From IMG/VR virus record IMGVR_UViG_3300010885_053065, positions 25,720-89,719 of that record: a stretch of 64,000 nt of DNA; one strand, 5' to 3'. The notes beneath the pieces were generated by a model, which was not told the origin of the DNA, ran no database searches, and saw only the letters and a program-made list of their open reading frames with translations. This document shows positions 27,796 to 37,971 of the stretch, one piece after another. This stretch comes from a virus. Every line of letters starts with the position of its first letter. The first letter of the stretch is position 1. The translations under genes and the position numbers were made by a program.

Positions 27796-28515
27796 TTAAG
27801 CAAAGAAACGAGTGATTGCTAACTCTAATTCTTCGCTATCTTCGTACACATTAATATCTCTTAATTGACCATTACAAAGGCGACTTTCTTTAGAAGAAAT
27901 CAACCCTTGTGCTGAGACAAATTTACCTAACCTGACTCGATTCTTGCTTGTGACCTTGTAACCCATCTCTTCAGCCTTTTGAGCAGCACCCACTAATCGA
28001 GCAGAAGGCAACACGGTTGTTGTAGTCTGTCCACTTAATTCACACAACTGATCGCCTAACTGATCTCTCAGTAGTTGAATCATTGCAGCAGGTAGCCGAC
28101 CCTCTAAAAAGACTAAATCTTTGGAAGCATTGATTAGGTCAACTGCATCTCTTTTAGGTGGCAGCTTTTGAACAGGAATTGCTGTTGAATAAGATCCAAC
28201 TTTGCGAATGCTAGGGATGACTTCAGAGGTTAACCACTTTTTAAAAGCTTTGGCTTCTGGCTTACGAGAAGTAAGAACTAGTGAATATAGTCCAGACTCT
28301 GAAATAACCGACATACTTTGAATACGATTCATGGCGTCGCTAATACCGACATCATCTTTTTCGTCATCATCTAATCGTGTTAAAGCATCTCGACTATTAG
28401 ATATCTCCAAAACTTTGCACACATCTAATGCAACAAACCAAGGCTCACCATTAATTACTATTACTCGTACTTGATTCTCGTTGAAGCTAAAAATTGATAG
28501 ACTGTGATCAGTCAC
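27796..28515 (-). CDS. Bro-N antirepressor-like protein
   Basis: GEPWFVALDVC, ISESGLYSLVLTSRKPEAK.FKKW; AGGAGG RBS. Confidence 0.9.
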   Translation of the reverse strand: MTDHSLSIFSFNENQVRVIVINGEPWFVALDVCKVLEISNSRDALTRLDDDEKDDVGISDAMNRIQSMSVISESGLYSLVLTSRKPEAKAFKKWLTSEVIPSIRKVGSYSTAIPVQKLPPKRDAVDLINASKDLVFLEGRLPAAMIQLLRDQLGDQLCELSGQTTTTVLPSARLVGAAQKAEEMGYKVTSKNRVRLGKFVSAQGLISSKESRLCNGQLRDINVYEDSEELELAITRFFA

Positions 28516-28754
28516 TTTCTTTCCCTCCTAAGGAGTAAGTTGATTAGTCCTAGCACCTAAAGTTTTGACGGCTTTTAGTTGCTAGGCATTTTTTTATTAT
28601 ACCAAATTTACTTTAAATCCTAATAACTAGCTATCTCCACACACGGCTAGAAATTTAATTAAATTTCTGATATTGAGCAGTCTTTCTAATAGAAACCTAT
28701 TTGAATATCTCAAGACTTTTTTGAGCGTGTTTTGATCACAGCGTTTTGAGCTTT

Positions 28755-29227
28755 GGCTAGAACCCTACTCTAGAGCACATCCCACTGCTCGCACGTTTTG
28801 TGCGTGCGCAGTCTTCTGCTAGCACATAAAACTGCTCGCACAGGATCAGCTTATATATAAATACGATCTATTAACAAATAATAAAATTAACAAACAACAA
28901 CTACCGGATCGGCTGTTGCTTTTGATTTTTTAAAATTAATTAAATTCCTATAGCCAATTAAAATACTCTCTAACTCACTTAAATTTGAGCTATAAGACGG
29001 GTAAATATACCTAAGCTACTCTTTCTACCAAAAAGAAATAAATAAACCCTACAGACTCAAATAAAGTGAAATTAGAATCAGTAGGACTTATTTACTTGTT
29101 AAGTTATCCTTTTCTTAATTAAGTTTTTAATGGTCGGCTGGTTCTTTTGTTCTTTAGTAATCCTGCTCAAAATAAATTGAGTTTCTTTATATAAACACTT
29201 GACAATTACCCAATAAATTGTTATATT
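28755..29227 (+). repeat. ~470-bp non-coding dispersed repeat, copy 2
   Basis: Direct repeat of 8823-9294. Confidence 0.92.
29155..29227 (+). promoter_or_regulatory. Conserved phage promoter, class A copy 3
   Basis: TAGTAA-N3-TGCTCAA; TTGACA 29199-N17-TATATT 29222. Confidence 0.8.
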
Positions 29228-29267
29228 AAGGATATAGAAAACAAAAACAAAGGAGACAAAACAAACA

Positions 29268-29516
29268 ATGATTACTTTTTACTTAGATTCAAAAAACACA
29301 AAACTTTATGCTATTCCAAATGGAAGTAATGAAGTTTATGAGGTTGATTATACTTATGAAAAAAACTTTGAAGTTATAAATCCTGATGCAATTTTGCCGT
29401 CTAGTGCGAATATTTTTCATGATTTGCACAACAGTAAACTTATAGGTGACGCAATAGCAGATGTTCTTTTGTATTATCTTCAAAAGAAGCAAAAAGAAAG
29501 AATCTTTAGTAAATAG
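29268..29516 (+). CDS. Small stand-alone hypothetical protein
   Basis: Class A promoter, AAGGAG RBS, terminator AACCCTCTGA...TCAGAGGGTTTTT at ~29526-29554. Confidence 0.7.
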   Translation: MITFYLDSKNTKLYAIPNGSNEVYEVDYTYEKNFEVINPDAILPSSANIFHDLHNSKLIGDAIADVLLYYLQKKQKERIFSK

Positions 29517-29559
29517 CTAAAGTAGAACCCTCTGATTAAGTTCAGAGGGTTTTTGTTGT

Positions 29560-30651
29560 CTAAGAATCTGTTGCTCTACTCCAAGCATCAATTAGGCTTT
29601 GTTCGCCTATATGCCGTTTATAACTGTTATGGTGCACTTGTAAAGAGTGACCCATCATGCGAGCGGTTATACCTGATTCAATACCTAATACAGAGCATCT
29701 AATGGCATAAGCATCTCTTAGATGGTAGGCTGTCCAAGGGAGTTGAACTCTTATTTTTAATCCGTGGGTTACTCTGTGCCCTAAATCCTTATTACCTACG
29801 TTCTTGTCTTGAAAGTTAGGAAAACGATAATCTGTCAGTTCCCACCTATCAACCCACTCTCTTAGTACTGGGAGTACTGTCCTACAACCTGTTTTAGTCG
29901 CGTCTTCTATTTGCAGAACGGGAACCTTTTCACTAAGTCTAGAGGTATCTAGGTAAAAGATTTCATGTGGACGTAAACCAAAAGTAGCTAATATAGCCAC
30001 AACATACTGCCAACGCTTATTTTCTATATTGTCTACTACCTGCTCAATTTCAGTATCACTAGGTATAGTTCGTAAAGGTGGTTTGTAGTTTCCTTTATAT
30101 CTAGATATCTGATTGGGAACTTTGGCAAACGACAAGAGAGCAGATAGAGCGTGAATATAATTACAACGCTTAGCAGTATCAGGTTCAGTATTAGTTAACA
30201 AAAACTCTTGAATTGTATCAAGAGTTAATGGTTCAGACATTGGTAACTTATCAAAAACATAATTGTACCGACATTTGTAAGTTGTTAGCCTCCTATCACT
30301 TTTAGAGTTCTTATGCCAGTACTCTTGCTCAAACTTCTTTAGCCAGTTTTCAATACTTTCCTCTGTTCCGACTAACTCTTGCTCTCTTTTTAACTCAGTT
30401 GGTCTAGTCCAATCTTGCCAGTTAAAGCGATCTAACATTAGATCTGACTCTAGCTTCTTGGCTTTACCTTCAGCTATCTGTAAGCCTTGGAGTGTGGCAA
30501 CTGCTCCTGTTCTTAAATCTTGAGCCTTCTTTCCAGCTCCTTCTTTATTGGGGACAGTAGCTCTTATATAGAGCCTGTTACCTTTTTGCTTGATTGAGCA
30601 AAGGTGTAAACGACTATTAGTTTTCCTGATAACGTCCTCAAAACTTTTCAT
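29560..30651 (-). CDS. Tyrosine integrase (cyanobacterial type)
   Basis: ATFGLRPHE (R), TKTG.R (K), YHLRDAYA, MMGHS..VH...Y; N-terminal RLYIRAT.P.K arm-binding domain. Confidence 0.9.
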   Translation of the reverse strand: MKSFEDVIRKTNSRLHLCSIKQKGNRLYIRATVPNKEGAGKKAQDLRTGAVATLQGLQIAEGKAKKLESDLMLDRFNWQDWTRPTELKREQELVGTEESIENWLKKFEQEYWHKNSKSDRRLTTYKCRYNYVFDKLPMSEPLTLDTIQEFLLTNTEPDTAKRCNYIHALSALLSFAKVPNQISRYKGNYKPPLRTIPSDTEIEQVVDNIENKRWQYVVAILATFGLRPHEIFYLDTSRLSEKVPVLQIEDATKTGCRTVLPVLREWVDRWELTDYRFPNFQDKNVGNKDLGHRVTHGLKIRVQLPWTAYHLRDAYAIRCSVLGIESGITARMMGHSLQVHHNSYKRHIGEQSLIDAWSRATDS

Positions 30652-30683
30652 ACTAACCTCCTGAATAACTAGGGATATTTTAA

Positions 30684-30890
30684 CTTTTTCCCTTATTCTT
30701 CCCTAAAACAATTACCAGATACTACCAAGTAATAAGGAAATATCTGGTAATATCTGGTAAAGACAAGGCTTTGAAAGGTTAATCTACCGTTATACAGTCT
30801 TTTGTACCCCTCTCATCAAGGATGGGGTGCAAATAACGAAACCCTTACTAGTTAAGGGTTTCTGTGTATGGTTTCTAAGCTTTCCCTAAT
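30684..30890. other. Putative attP region
   Basis: Non-coding, directly upstream of the integrase; TTACCAGATA (30712) inverted to tandem TATCTGGTAA x2 (30741-30760); hairpin TTTGTACCCC...GGGGTGCAAA (30801-30833); repeated TTCCCT(A/T)A. Confidence 0.45.
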
Positions 30891-32454
30891 TTTGAATCTG
30901 TTGTAAAAATATCTCTAACTCTTCTAGCGTCAAAGAATCAACTCTTTCACTAGGGATTCCAGATAATCTAGCTACTTGGTTGTAAAGTCCTCTTAATTTA
31001 TTCTCAGTAAAAGTACTAACAAGAGAATCACTATTTTCTTTTTCTTCTGCTACTGGTTTTCCCTCTTCTACCTCAAGAGGATTATCTGTTTTAGTATCTA
31101 CAGCTTTATCTAGAGCAGTCTGTGGTTTCAAGTCCTCAGCATTAGTATTTTTGTCTAGAGTGATATTCATATCAAAAATAGATTGAGCGTAGTGACTATC
31201 TCTAGCTTCTTGACTGCTGTAAATACCGTTTCTGATATTCGCCTCATCAGCCCTTGAACTAGCTTCTCTAATGCCTGCTTCCTCTGTTGGGGTAAGGCTA
31301 TATATGCTTTTCCACTCCCAAGAATAGTCGGTAGGTAGCTTCCCTTTTGTTACAGAATCTTGTGATAAGAAATATAGTTCAATATCCTCTAAGATATTTT
31401 CTCCCCATTTTTGTTCACAGAGAGCCAGAATTGAGTTAGCTTCTGCTAGTCTTTCACTTTCTCCTGTAGCTGCTAGTCCTGCAGGGTGCTCTTGATAAAA
31501 TTGTGGTTTAGTTAGTCCACTTGCACCGATCATTTCATCTTTGAGTCTATCTAGAATATCTGACACTCCTCTAAATTGTCGACCAATTATATTAACCTCT
31601 TCAGTTTTTCTGTCTAGTGCAAAAAATCTTAAAGCTGATAGAGTTTTTTGATTTAACAGCATTCTCCTTTTAATCTCGTTCTCGCCTTGTAAGGTTCTAG
31701 TTCTATCGAACAGATTATCTATAGAGTGAGCAATTATCTCAAAGGTTTTTAGAGCTTCTCCTGAGTACCCTAGACCTGTTAGGTGACGCATTAAAGGATC
31801 TAGGAATCCGACTAACACAGAGTCTTCCCAACCACTATTTAATTTTTGGTGGTAAGGAGGTAAATAAGAACCTCTGAACCTAAGTATTCTTGATTTGTGG
31901 ATTCTATATTGATTGGCTAGTAATTTATTTTGGTAGTCGTTACTATACCCACTACTAGAATAAAAAAGATAGTAATCTGGATTAACAGAATCAATTGATA
32001 TACTATAAGAATCTGGTAGTATATACCATCTATCGTAAAGCTGAGAGTATCTAACGGTTTTGATGTTTTCTCTATCGATAGGTTGATCTGGTTTCTGACC
32101 GTCATCAACTAATCGAATAGCAGTAGCCCCACCATATAGATTAGCTAATACTTGACCTTTCTCATAAATCTTTTTAAGTTTGTGTATTGCTTTGTTAGCT
32201 TGTTCTATTACTTCTGGAGAACCAGAACCTAGGGTAACTTTCCCCCAAGATCTGTGCATCATAAAGGGTAAGTACTCACAAACTTTTCTAGCTTGCCAAA
32301 GAGACTTAAAAGCTGAGTCTAGGTAGCCTCTATTTCTATAAAACCCGTAAGCTGGATTAATAAAGTTACTTGTAATAGAATCAGTTCCTTGTACACCTAA
32401 GCCAGTCAACTGATTTGCTACGTTAATATAACTGTCAAAATTAGATATGTCCAT
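30886..32454 (-). CDS. Portal protein (DUF1073 family)
   Basis: ARKVCE.LP..M, A.LYGG, RIHKSRILRF.G, GW.DSVL, GL.ATGES. Confidence 0.85.
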   Translation of the reverse strand: MDISNFDSYINVANQLTGLGVQGTDSITSNFINPAYGFYRNRGYLDSAFKSLWQARKVCEYLPFMMHRSWGKVTLGSGSPEVIEQANKAIHKLKKIYEKGQVLANLYGGATAIRLVDDGQKPDQPIDRENIKTVRYSQLYDRWYILPDSYSISIDSVNPDYYLFYSSSGYSNDYQNKLLANQYRIHKSRILRFRGSYLPPYHQKLNSGWEDSVLVGFLDPLMRHLTGLGYSGEALKTFEIIAHSIDNLFDRTRTLQGENEIKRRMLLNQKTLSALRFFALDRKTEEVNIIGRQFRGVSDILDRLKDEMIGASGLTKPQFYQEHPAGLAATGESERLAEANSILALCEQKWGENILEDIELYFLSQDSVTKGKLPTDYSWEWKSIYSLTPTEEAGIREASSRADEANIRNGIYSSQEARDSHYAQSIFDMNITLDKNTNAEDLKPQTALDKAVDTKTDNPLEVEEGKPVAEEKENSDSLVSTFTENKLRGLYNQVARLSGIPSERVDSLTLEELEIFLQQIQN

Positions 32455-32485
32455 AAATACTAAATAATAATTATCTCTATTCTAA

Positions 32486-33268
32486 CTAATAATACATTTT
32501 TTTTCTAGACCTTGTTAGATTTTCGTGTGAAGTAATTAACCTTAGTTTAGCGTGTTTATCATGATATTTTTGCCAATCTTCTTTTATTTTTTTGTCTACA
32601 ATTGTTCGTTTAGATTCCCCAATATGTTTAATTTCAACATCTTCTAATTTTAGATTATACTCTTGGCAAAAATTATGTAAAATTTCAACAAAAGGAATTA
32701 TATGATCTACATGCATACCAGCTATTGAATTAATTAAACTATCACTTAATTGCTGAGTCCTGAAACTAATTATTTGGTCTAATATGGAGTATCTAAAAGC
32801 TTCTTTAATATCTTCTTTGTGTTGGAATGACTGGTCTAATCGCAAAGCTTTATTGAATGAAAAATCTTCCCAGTTTTTGTCAACCATTTTAACGTAAAAA
32901 CAATTATATTTAGATCTTCCATCATTATCAATTTTTAATTCAATTTGTTCTGGAATTAATTCTTGTTTTCTTCGCAAAGCTAATGCTGCTATAAGTTTTA
33001 TGTTATAAAGAGAAGATAAACTTTTATTTTTTAGAGAATTTTGACAAATTTCTTTTATTTTAGACTTGGTAATTTTTTCACCATTAAAAAAAGTTCCATT
33101 GGTAGACACATTTAATTGTGGAACTTCTGATTTATTAATAATATAGATTTGTTGATTCTTCTTAATCATTGTATTTACAAATATTATTTCTATTCTAACT
33201 ATTATGATACAATTATCAATCCTGCATTTAGACGCAAAAACAAGAGAAGACCTAACATGGAACGACAA
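32486..33268 (-). CDS. DUF3223/HNH-like nuclease moron
   Basis: CFYV...D..WEDFSF, AFR..I..QI, HVDHIIPF, W..YH..HA.LRLI...ENL; true start may be the internal ATG. Confidence 0.6.
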   Translation of the reverse strand: MSFHVRSSLVFASKCRIDNCIIIVRIEIIFVNTMIKKNQQIYIINKSEVPQLNVSTNGTFFNGEKITKSKIKEICQNSLKNKSLSSLYNIKLIAALALRRKQELIPEQIELKIDNDGRSKYNCFYVKMVDKNWEDFSFNKALRLDQSFQHKEDIKEAFRYSILDQIISFRTQQLSDSLINSIAGMHVDHIIPFVEILHNFCQEYNLKLEDVEIKHIGESKRTIVDKKIKEDWQKYHDKHAKLRLITSHENLTRSRKKMYY

Positions 33269-33893
33269 TATTAAGCGTTATGTGTACACAGGTTCTAATA
33301 AAACTGTCTCTAGCAGAGAGATGTACAAACTTATCAAAAGAGAGCAGGTTGGGATTAAGTCTGATCTAGACTCTTTAGTAACTGCTTTACTTAGTAATCA
33401 AATAAGCCTAGAACAGTGGCAAAAAGATTCAGCTTTGATAATTAAAGACTCTCATGTAAACGCTGCTAGGCTTGGTAGAGGCGGTAAAGAGAACACATAT
33501 GGCATTCACTATCTAGAGGTAGCTAACGAGCTTAGAAAGAATCAATATCCGGCTTTTAGAAAATTAGCAGAACAAATGACCAAAGGAGAACTTAGTGAAG
33601 CTCAAATAAGAGCTAGAGTAGCTTCTTATGCTGACTCTAGTAAAATATCTTACGAGAAAGCATCTCTTACTCAAGCAAGAGACAAAGGAGAAGTTTGGGC
33701 ACGTAGGCGACTAGGTACTTGTGCTCCCCATTGTGATCAGTGTATTGAATACGCTTCTAGAGGTTGGGTAAGGTTGCAAGAAGTTGTCCCCCCTGGTGTT
33801 GATTGTGCCTGTAGGGGTAACTGCTGCTGTAGTGTAGAGACTAGTAGGTTTAGAAAAAGAGAAAGTACTAGCCTCTACGAAAAAAGCAACTAG
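33204..33893 (+). CDS. Head morphogenesis (SPP1 gp7/MuF-like) protein
   Basis: C-terminal HCDQC...PPG..CAC..NC.C; close to the portal gene. Confidence 0.7.
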   Translation: MIQLSILHLDAKTREDLTWNDNIKRYVYTGSNKTVSSREMYKLIKREQVGIKSDLDSLVTALLSNQISLEQWQKDSALIIKDSHVNAARLGRGGKENTYGIHYLEVANELRKNQYPAFRKLAEQMTKGELSEAQIRARVASYADSSKISYEKASLTQARDKGEVWARRRLGTCAPHCDQCIEYASRGWVRLQEVVPPGVDCACRGNCCCSVETSRFRKRESTSLYEKSN

Positions 33894-34075
33894 ACCACCT
33901 TCTCTCGTTCCTCAACCTCGTTCTCTTTAGCTTGCCTGAGACCTTTAACAAAGGCTCTTAGTACTGCAGTAGGGTATATCCCTAAACTATCTGAGTAGTT
34001 TTTAAGCCACGTCATATCAGACTGTTCAAGCTCTAAATGCAAGCTAACTCTATTTTCTATTCTTTTCTTAGGCAT
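33890..34075 (-). CDS. Ribbon-helix-helix-like regulator
   Basis: RVSLHLEL strand followed by two helices (GIYPTAVLRAFV). Confidence 0.5.
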   Translation of the reverse strand: MPKKRIENRVSLHLELEQSDMTWLKNYSDSLGIYPTAVLRAFVKGLRQAKENEVEEREKVV

Positions 34076-34132
34076 TTCTTTTGATTAAAATAAGTTCCTA
34101 TTCTATTTTAATCTATGTATCCGTATCCTCTG

Positions 34133-34206
34133 TAGTAAGTTTGCTCAAAACACTTTTTATTTTCTTGTTATAAACACTTGACACACACCCAAATAATTGT
34201 TATATT
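34133..34206 (+). promoter_or_regulatory. Conserved phage promoter, class A copy 4
   Basis: TAGTAA-N3-TGCTCAA; TTGACA 34178-N17-TATATT 34201. Confidence 0.8.
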
Positions 34207-34260
34207 ATATATATGGTTAAGAAGTTAACCAAGCACCTAGACAAGTAAATAAGGAGGGAA

Positions 34261-34605
34261 ATGCAAGGAAGTCAAGGTTTCTTTTGTTATTCCAATAAGA
34301 AGAAAAAAGTCTTCAAAGGAATAATGAAACAAAAAAGACCGATTGAGTGGATACGAGTTCTAGATTGTCGACCAGAATGCGGTCTAACACTGGTAACGAC
34401 ACCTTGGGATTTAGGGATCTACTTTCTAGACACACAGTTGTTTAGTTATCCCAGAACCCACTATCAAAAAGAAGTCCTCAAAAACTTCTGGAGTTTAGAA
34501 GGCTCTCAAGTTTCTGAGGAGGATAGACTCTTCCTGCTCTCTTTATATGAAGAACGCCTACCAGCGATTCTAAAATATCGAGAGTTCTTTAAAATTCCCT
34601 TCTAA
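34261..34605 (+). CDS. Stand-alone hypothetical protein
   Basis: AAGGAGG RBS; terminator AAGAGAGTCTAG...CTAGACTCTCTTTTT at ~34615-34645. Confidence 0.7.
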   Translation: MQGSQGFFCYSNKKKKVFKGIMKQKRPIEWIRVLDCRPECGLTLVTTPWDLGIYFLDTQLFSYPRTHYQKEVLKNFWSLEGSQVSEEDRLFLLSLYEERLPAILKYREFFKIPF

Positions 34606-34678
34606 CGCTTAATTAAGAGAGTCTAGTTATCTAGACTCTCTTTTTGTTACAATATCCCAAATAGCTAGAGGTGTTTAC

Positions 34679-35008
34679 ATGAAATATAACGAATTAGCTC
34701 CGTCAAGATTAAGAACCTATCCCTTTGTCTTTATCTCAAATTGGACTAACGTTGCTACTAGAGAGGTAGCTGAAATCCTTTGGACAGAGGAAAGGTTAAA
34801 GCCTTTTTTAAACTCAATATTTGAGCTATCTTCTCAACTAGATTTTGAGGAGCATCAAGACTGGAAGTTGTCAGTCAAAAGAATAGAAGCTTACTTACAA
34901 ACTAACCTACCTGACTATATTGATCTAAAAGGAGAGATAGGTTACAGAGAACTAGCAATATGTTTTACCAAGGATAACCTTAAATGTTTCCTTGGTATTG
35001 GTGCATAG
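34679..35008 (+). CDS. Hypothetical protein
   Basis: GAGGTG RBS. Confidence 0.55.
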   Translation: MKYNELAPSRLRTYPFVFISNWTNVATREVAEILWTEERLKPFLNSIFELSSQLDFEEHQDWKLSVKRIEAYLQTNLPDYIDLKGEIGYRELAICFTKDNLKCFLGIGA

Positions 35009-35026
35009 ACTATAGCTAGTCTTTAC

Positions 35027-35218
35027 CTACTTTCTGCACCGACTTTGCAGGTATAGGGCTATAATCAGAGTTACTACTAATACGTTACTAGGTTCGGGAA
35101 CAGCTACCGATACTATATGCGATTGCTGTTTAATCAATTCATTATCCTTAGCATTTTGAGAAAAGTTTAAACCGAACGCTAAGCTTAATCCAATCAAAGT
35201 TAATAGTATAGCTGACAT
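35027..35218 (-). CDS. Minimal PEP-CTERM protein in the lysis cassette
   Basis: N-terminal hydrophobic helix; VPEPS, TM helix and basic tail SRCRK; coupled to the endolysin stop. Confidence 0.7.
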   Translation of the reverse strand: MSAILLTLIGLSLAFGLNFSQNAKDNELIKQQSHIVSVAVPEPSNVLVVTLIIALYLQSRCRK

Positions 35219-35946
35219 TATTTTTTAAGAGGTTGCAACCAAGCGTTGACATAAGACTGAGCACCTAAAACTCCATCAATATCAAGACAAAACTCCTTCT
35301 GAAAGTCGGTAAGAACGTTAGCATCTATTTGGGTAAAAATAGACGTTCCTTCTGGATCTAGTCTTGACCATCCTCTTTCAATCATTTGGTTTCTCCACTT
35401 GATAACTAGACTAGATTTCTTATTCTTTTCTACTGGTGTACCTATCCAAGGATAAATTTCACCATAGTAATCAACAGCAGGATTAAATTTAGGTCTACCA
35501 TATCCAGCTACTAAATGTTTGGCTCTTTTCTTTCTAGCAACTGTCCCACCATTAGACCAATTGCTATCAGAAGTGTTCCCTTCAATAGTTAATACAAAGT
35601 CATCTAGTACTTGTGTGACTATACCAACATGATCTGATACTCCGTCTCTTTGCCAATCAAAGAAAACAATATCTCCTATCTTTGGTGTACTTCTATAAAA
35701 AGCTCCTTGATTTTTATACCAATTAATCCCACTAGGACAATAAGCAAAGCCAATTTTACCTTTGTCTTGCATCTCGTCTGTAAAGCCACAGGCATAGAGA
35801 CAATAAGAAACAAATTGAGCACACCAAGGAACCCCGTTAAAGCCGTACCATTTACCGAAAGGGTTCCTCTTACCTGCTTTTTCTCGATAGCCAACAAAGA
35901 TATTAGCAAAATCAACGAAATTATTACTTAAGACCATATTGTGCAC
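35218..35946 (-). CDS. CHAP-domain endolysin with PG-binding C-terminus
   Basis: PWCAQFVS, GDIVFFDW...DHVGIV...TIEGNT; FQ....L.IDGVLG. Confidence 0.9.
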   Translation of the reverse strand: MHNMVLSNNFVDFANIFVGYREKAGKRNPFGKWYGFNGVPWCAQFVSYCLYACGFTDEMQDKGKIGFAYCPSGINWYKNQGAFYRSTPKIGDIVFFDWQRDGVSDHVGIVTQVLDDFVLTIEGNTSDSNWSNGGTVARKKRAKHLVAGYGRPKFNPAVDYYGEIYPWIGTPVEKNKKSSLVIKWRNQMIERGWSRLDPEGTSIFTQIDANVLTDFQKEFCLDIDGVLGAQSYVNAWLQPLKK

Positions 35947-36757
35947 CTATTAAACTTAATTGTTCTAATCTCTTAATTAATACAACACAGCCCAACTGAG
36001 CATCTATAGCATCAGGATTATAGTGACCGTCTGAAGTGTACTTACCTCCATTATACAGTGACGTACCAGCCCAAAGATAAGGAGATAGTAAGCCTTTCAT
36101 CTTATAGCCAAGTCCGTTGTACCCTTCTAGTCGTTTCAAAGCTGAGGGAATAGACCAATCAGTTACTTTATCTAATCCGTCATACTGAATAGCGTCTATA
36201 GCTGATTCTGTCCAACTATAAGGCGGTTCTCCCTTAACTGGTCTACCTTTTGGCTCATTTTTAGTGCGTTTAGCTAAAGAATCACCATTATGAAGGTGTG
36301 TCTTAAAGTCACAAGTGGCTTCTCTATAGTGGATACAGAATATTATATGTGATGGTACTTTGGTGGTATTACTAACAAGATTATACTTAGAAATATTGTT
36401 AACGTATAAGTTTATTGCTGTATTGATTTGGTTTGTTTTATCTGTATCGACAATAGCTTTCTTGTATAGGTCTTGATATTTAGCTAATTCACTATCTAAT
36501 CCCACAGGAAGTGCTTTAACTAATCTTTCTAGTACTTCTAGAGATCCTGCTCCGACTATATTCCAATTGGCTTGCATGTAATCTTTCTTAAAGCTTCCCC
36601 ATGCAGCAGCAGTTTTTATACCATATATGCCATCTACTGGTACGGTATAATACCCTAATAGTTTTAATTTAGTTTGTATTTCTTTTAACAATTCTTTATC
36701 TGCTTCAGCAAGAATTATTACAGAATTGTGTTCAATAACTTCCCTGATTGTGGTCAT
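35924..36757 (-). CDS. Endolysin: PG-binding domain plus lysozyme-like domain
   Basis: IQ..L..LGYY...VDGIYG.KT; IHYREA..DF...LHNGD, E.YNGLGY, SPYLWAG. Confidence 0.85.
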   Translation of the reverse strand: MTTIREVIEHNSVIILAEADKELLKEIQTKLKLLGYYTVPVDGIYGIKTAAAWGSFKKDYMQANWNIVGAGSLEVLERLVKALPVGLDSELAKYQDLYKKAIVDTDKTNQINTAINLYVNNISKYNLVSNTTKVPSHIIFCIHYREATCDFKTHLHNGDSLAKRTKNEPKGRPVKGEPPYSWTESAIDAIQYDGLDKVTDWSIPSALKRLEGYNGLGYKMKGLLSPYLWAGTSLYNGGKYTSDGHYNPDAIDAQLGCVVLIKRLEQLSLIGAQYGLK

Positions 36758-36928
36758 ATTTTTAAATAGATAATAATGTTCTCTGTCTAAATTATATCTA
36801 ATTGATTTTAAATATTAAAAAAAGACGACTAAAGAGCCGTCTTCAAATAAAAGCTGAAAGGATTTACATACTATAAACAAAATAAAGCAATTTGGACAGT
36901 AGTAGAGTCTCCGCTAAGGTTAATCCAT

Positions 36929-37971
36929 CTATTTTAACCTATCCACTAAATCACTTTTTAAGAAACTCTTCTCTACAAAGGCAGGAATTTTACCGGATTT
37001 CTTGAGCCTAGTAAATATCTCAATTGCTTTTCTAGAGACTGGAGGTAAACTCTCTTTTTTATCCTCTTCTGGGAAAGGAAGATATCTACTTAAATCAAGT
37101 TTGACTTTATCGCTAGAACCTCCAAAGCTAGAGAAGCCTAGTTCTAGAAGAATTGACTGCTTAGCAATAGCAATAGATTGGAAGTTCAATTCAGTCTGTT
37201 TCCTTTTAATCTGACCATTCCAAAGTTCTAGAATAAAGTGACAGGACTGAGAAAGAAACCAATCTAATTGTTGTGGAGTGCATATTTTCCAGAAGACAAA
37301 ATCTTGAAAGATTTCTCCCCAATTGATTTCAGACGTTAAGGACTTGGCACGGTTCCTGTAGATATCAATCCAATCTTTCCCTCACTTTCGGGATTAATAG
37401 TAATAAAGTCTTCTTCTTCTTGAGTTTTCCACCCAGTTGACTCACCTTCAAAATAAGCTAGAAACTGCTCAGATAGTGAAGCAGGAATCTCTAGAGTCCA
37501 TTCAAGTTTCCAATCTTTTATTAATCTTTGTTGGATAACTGTTGTTACTTGCCTAGCAGCCAAAGAGGTTTCAGTTGATTCAGCTAAAGCTGCTGTAAAG
37601 AAGCTATTTAGTTTCTCTTGTAATTCATCAGGAAGTTTAACCCACTCAGCTTGATTTACAAAGGTCTTTTCGGCATTGGCTAGACTGCATTGTTTAGCTT
37701 CTCCAATAGCAGCAATAAGTTCTTTTCTTCGAGCATCGTTAAAGCGATCATTTCTAAAGCCTAGATTCTCTTTAACAGAAAGGTCGCCCATTTTAACGAG
37801 TTTAATAACTTTTTTACCTTCAAAATCTTCTAAAACATTATTTATTTTCTCAGCAATATTACCTCTCCCTTGACGAATTAGAAAGAGGAGACTTTGCGCT
37901 GTGACTTCTATATAATAAAATTCTTGCTTAGCTGCTTTCTCAATTAGAGAAGTAAAATCAAATCCAGACAT
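36929..37971 (-). CDS. Tail assembly chaperone G (37336-37971) and frameshifted G-T product
   Basis: In-phase G GGA AAG at 37381-37375; the -1 frame (DWIDIYRNRAKS...) is open and joins the 36929-37189 ORF. Confidence 0.8.
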
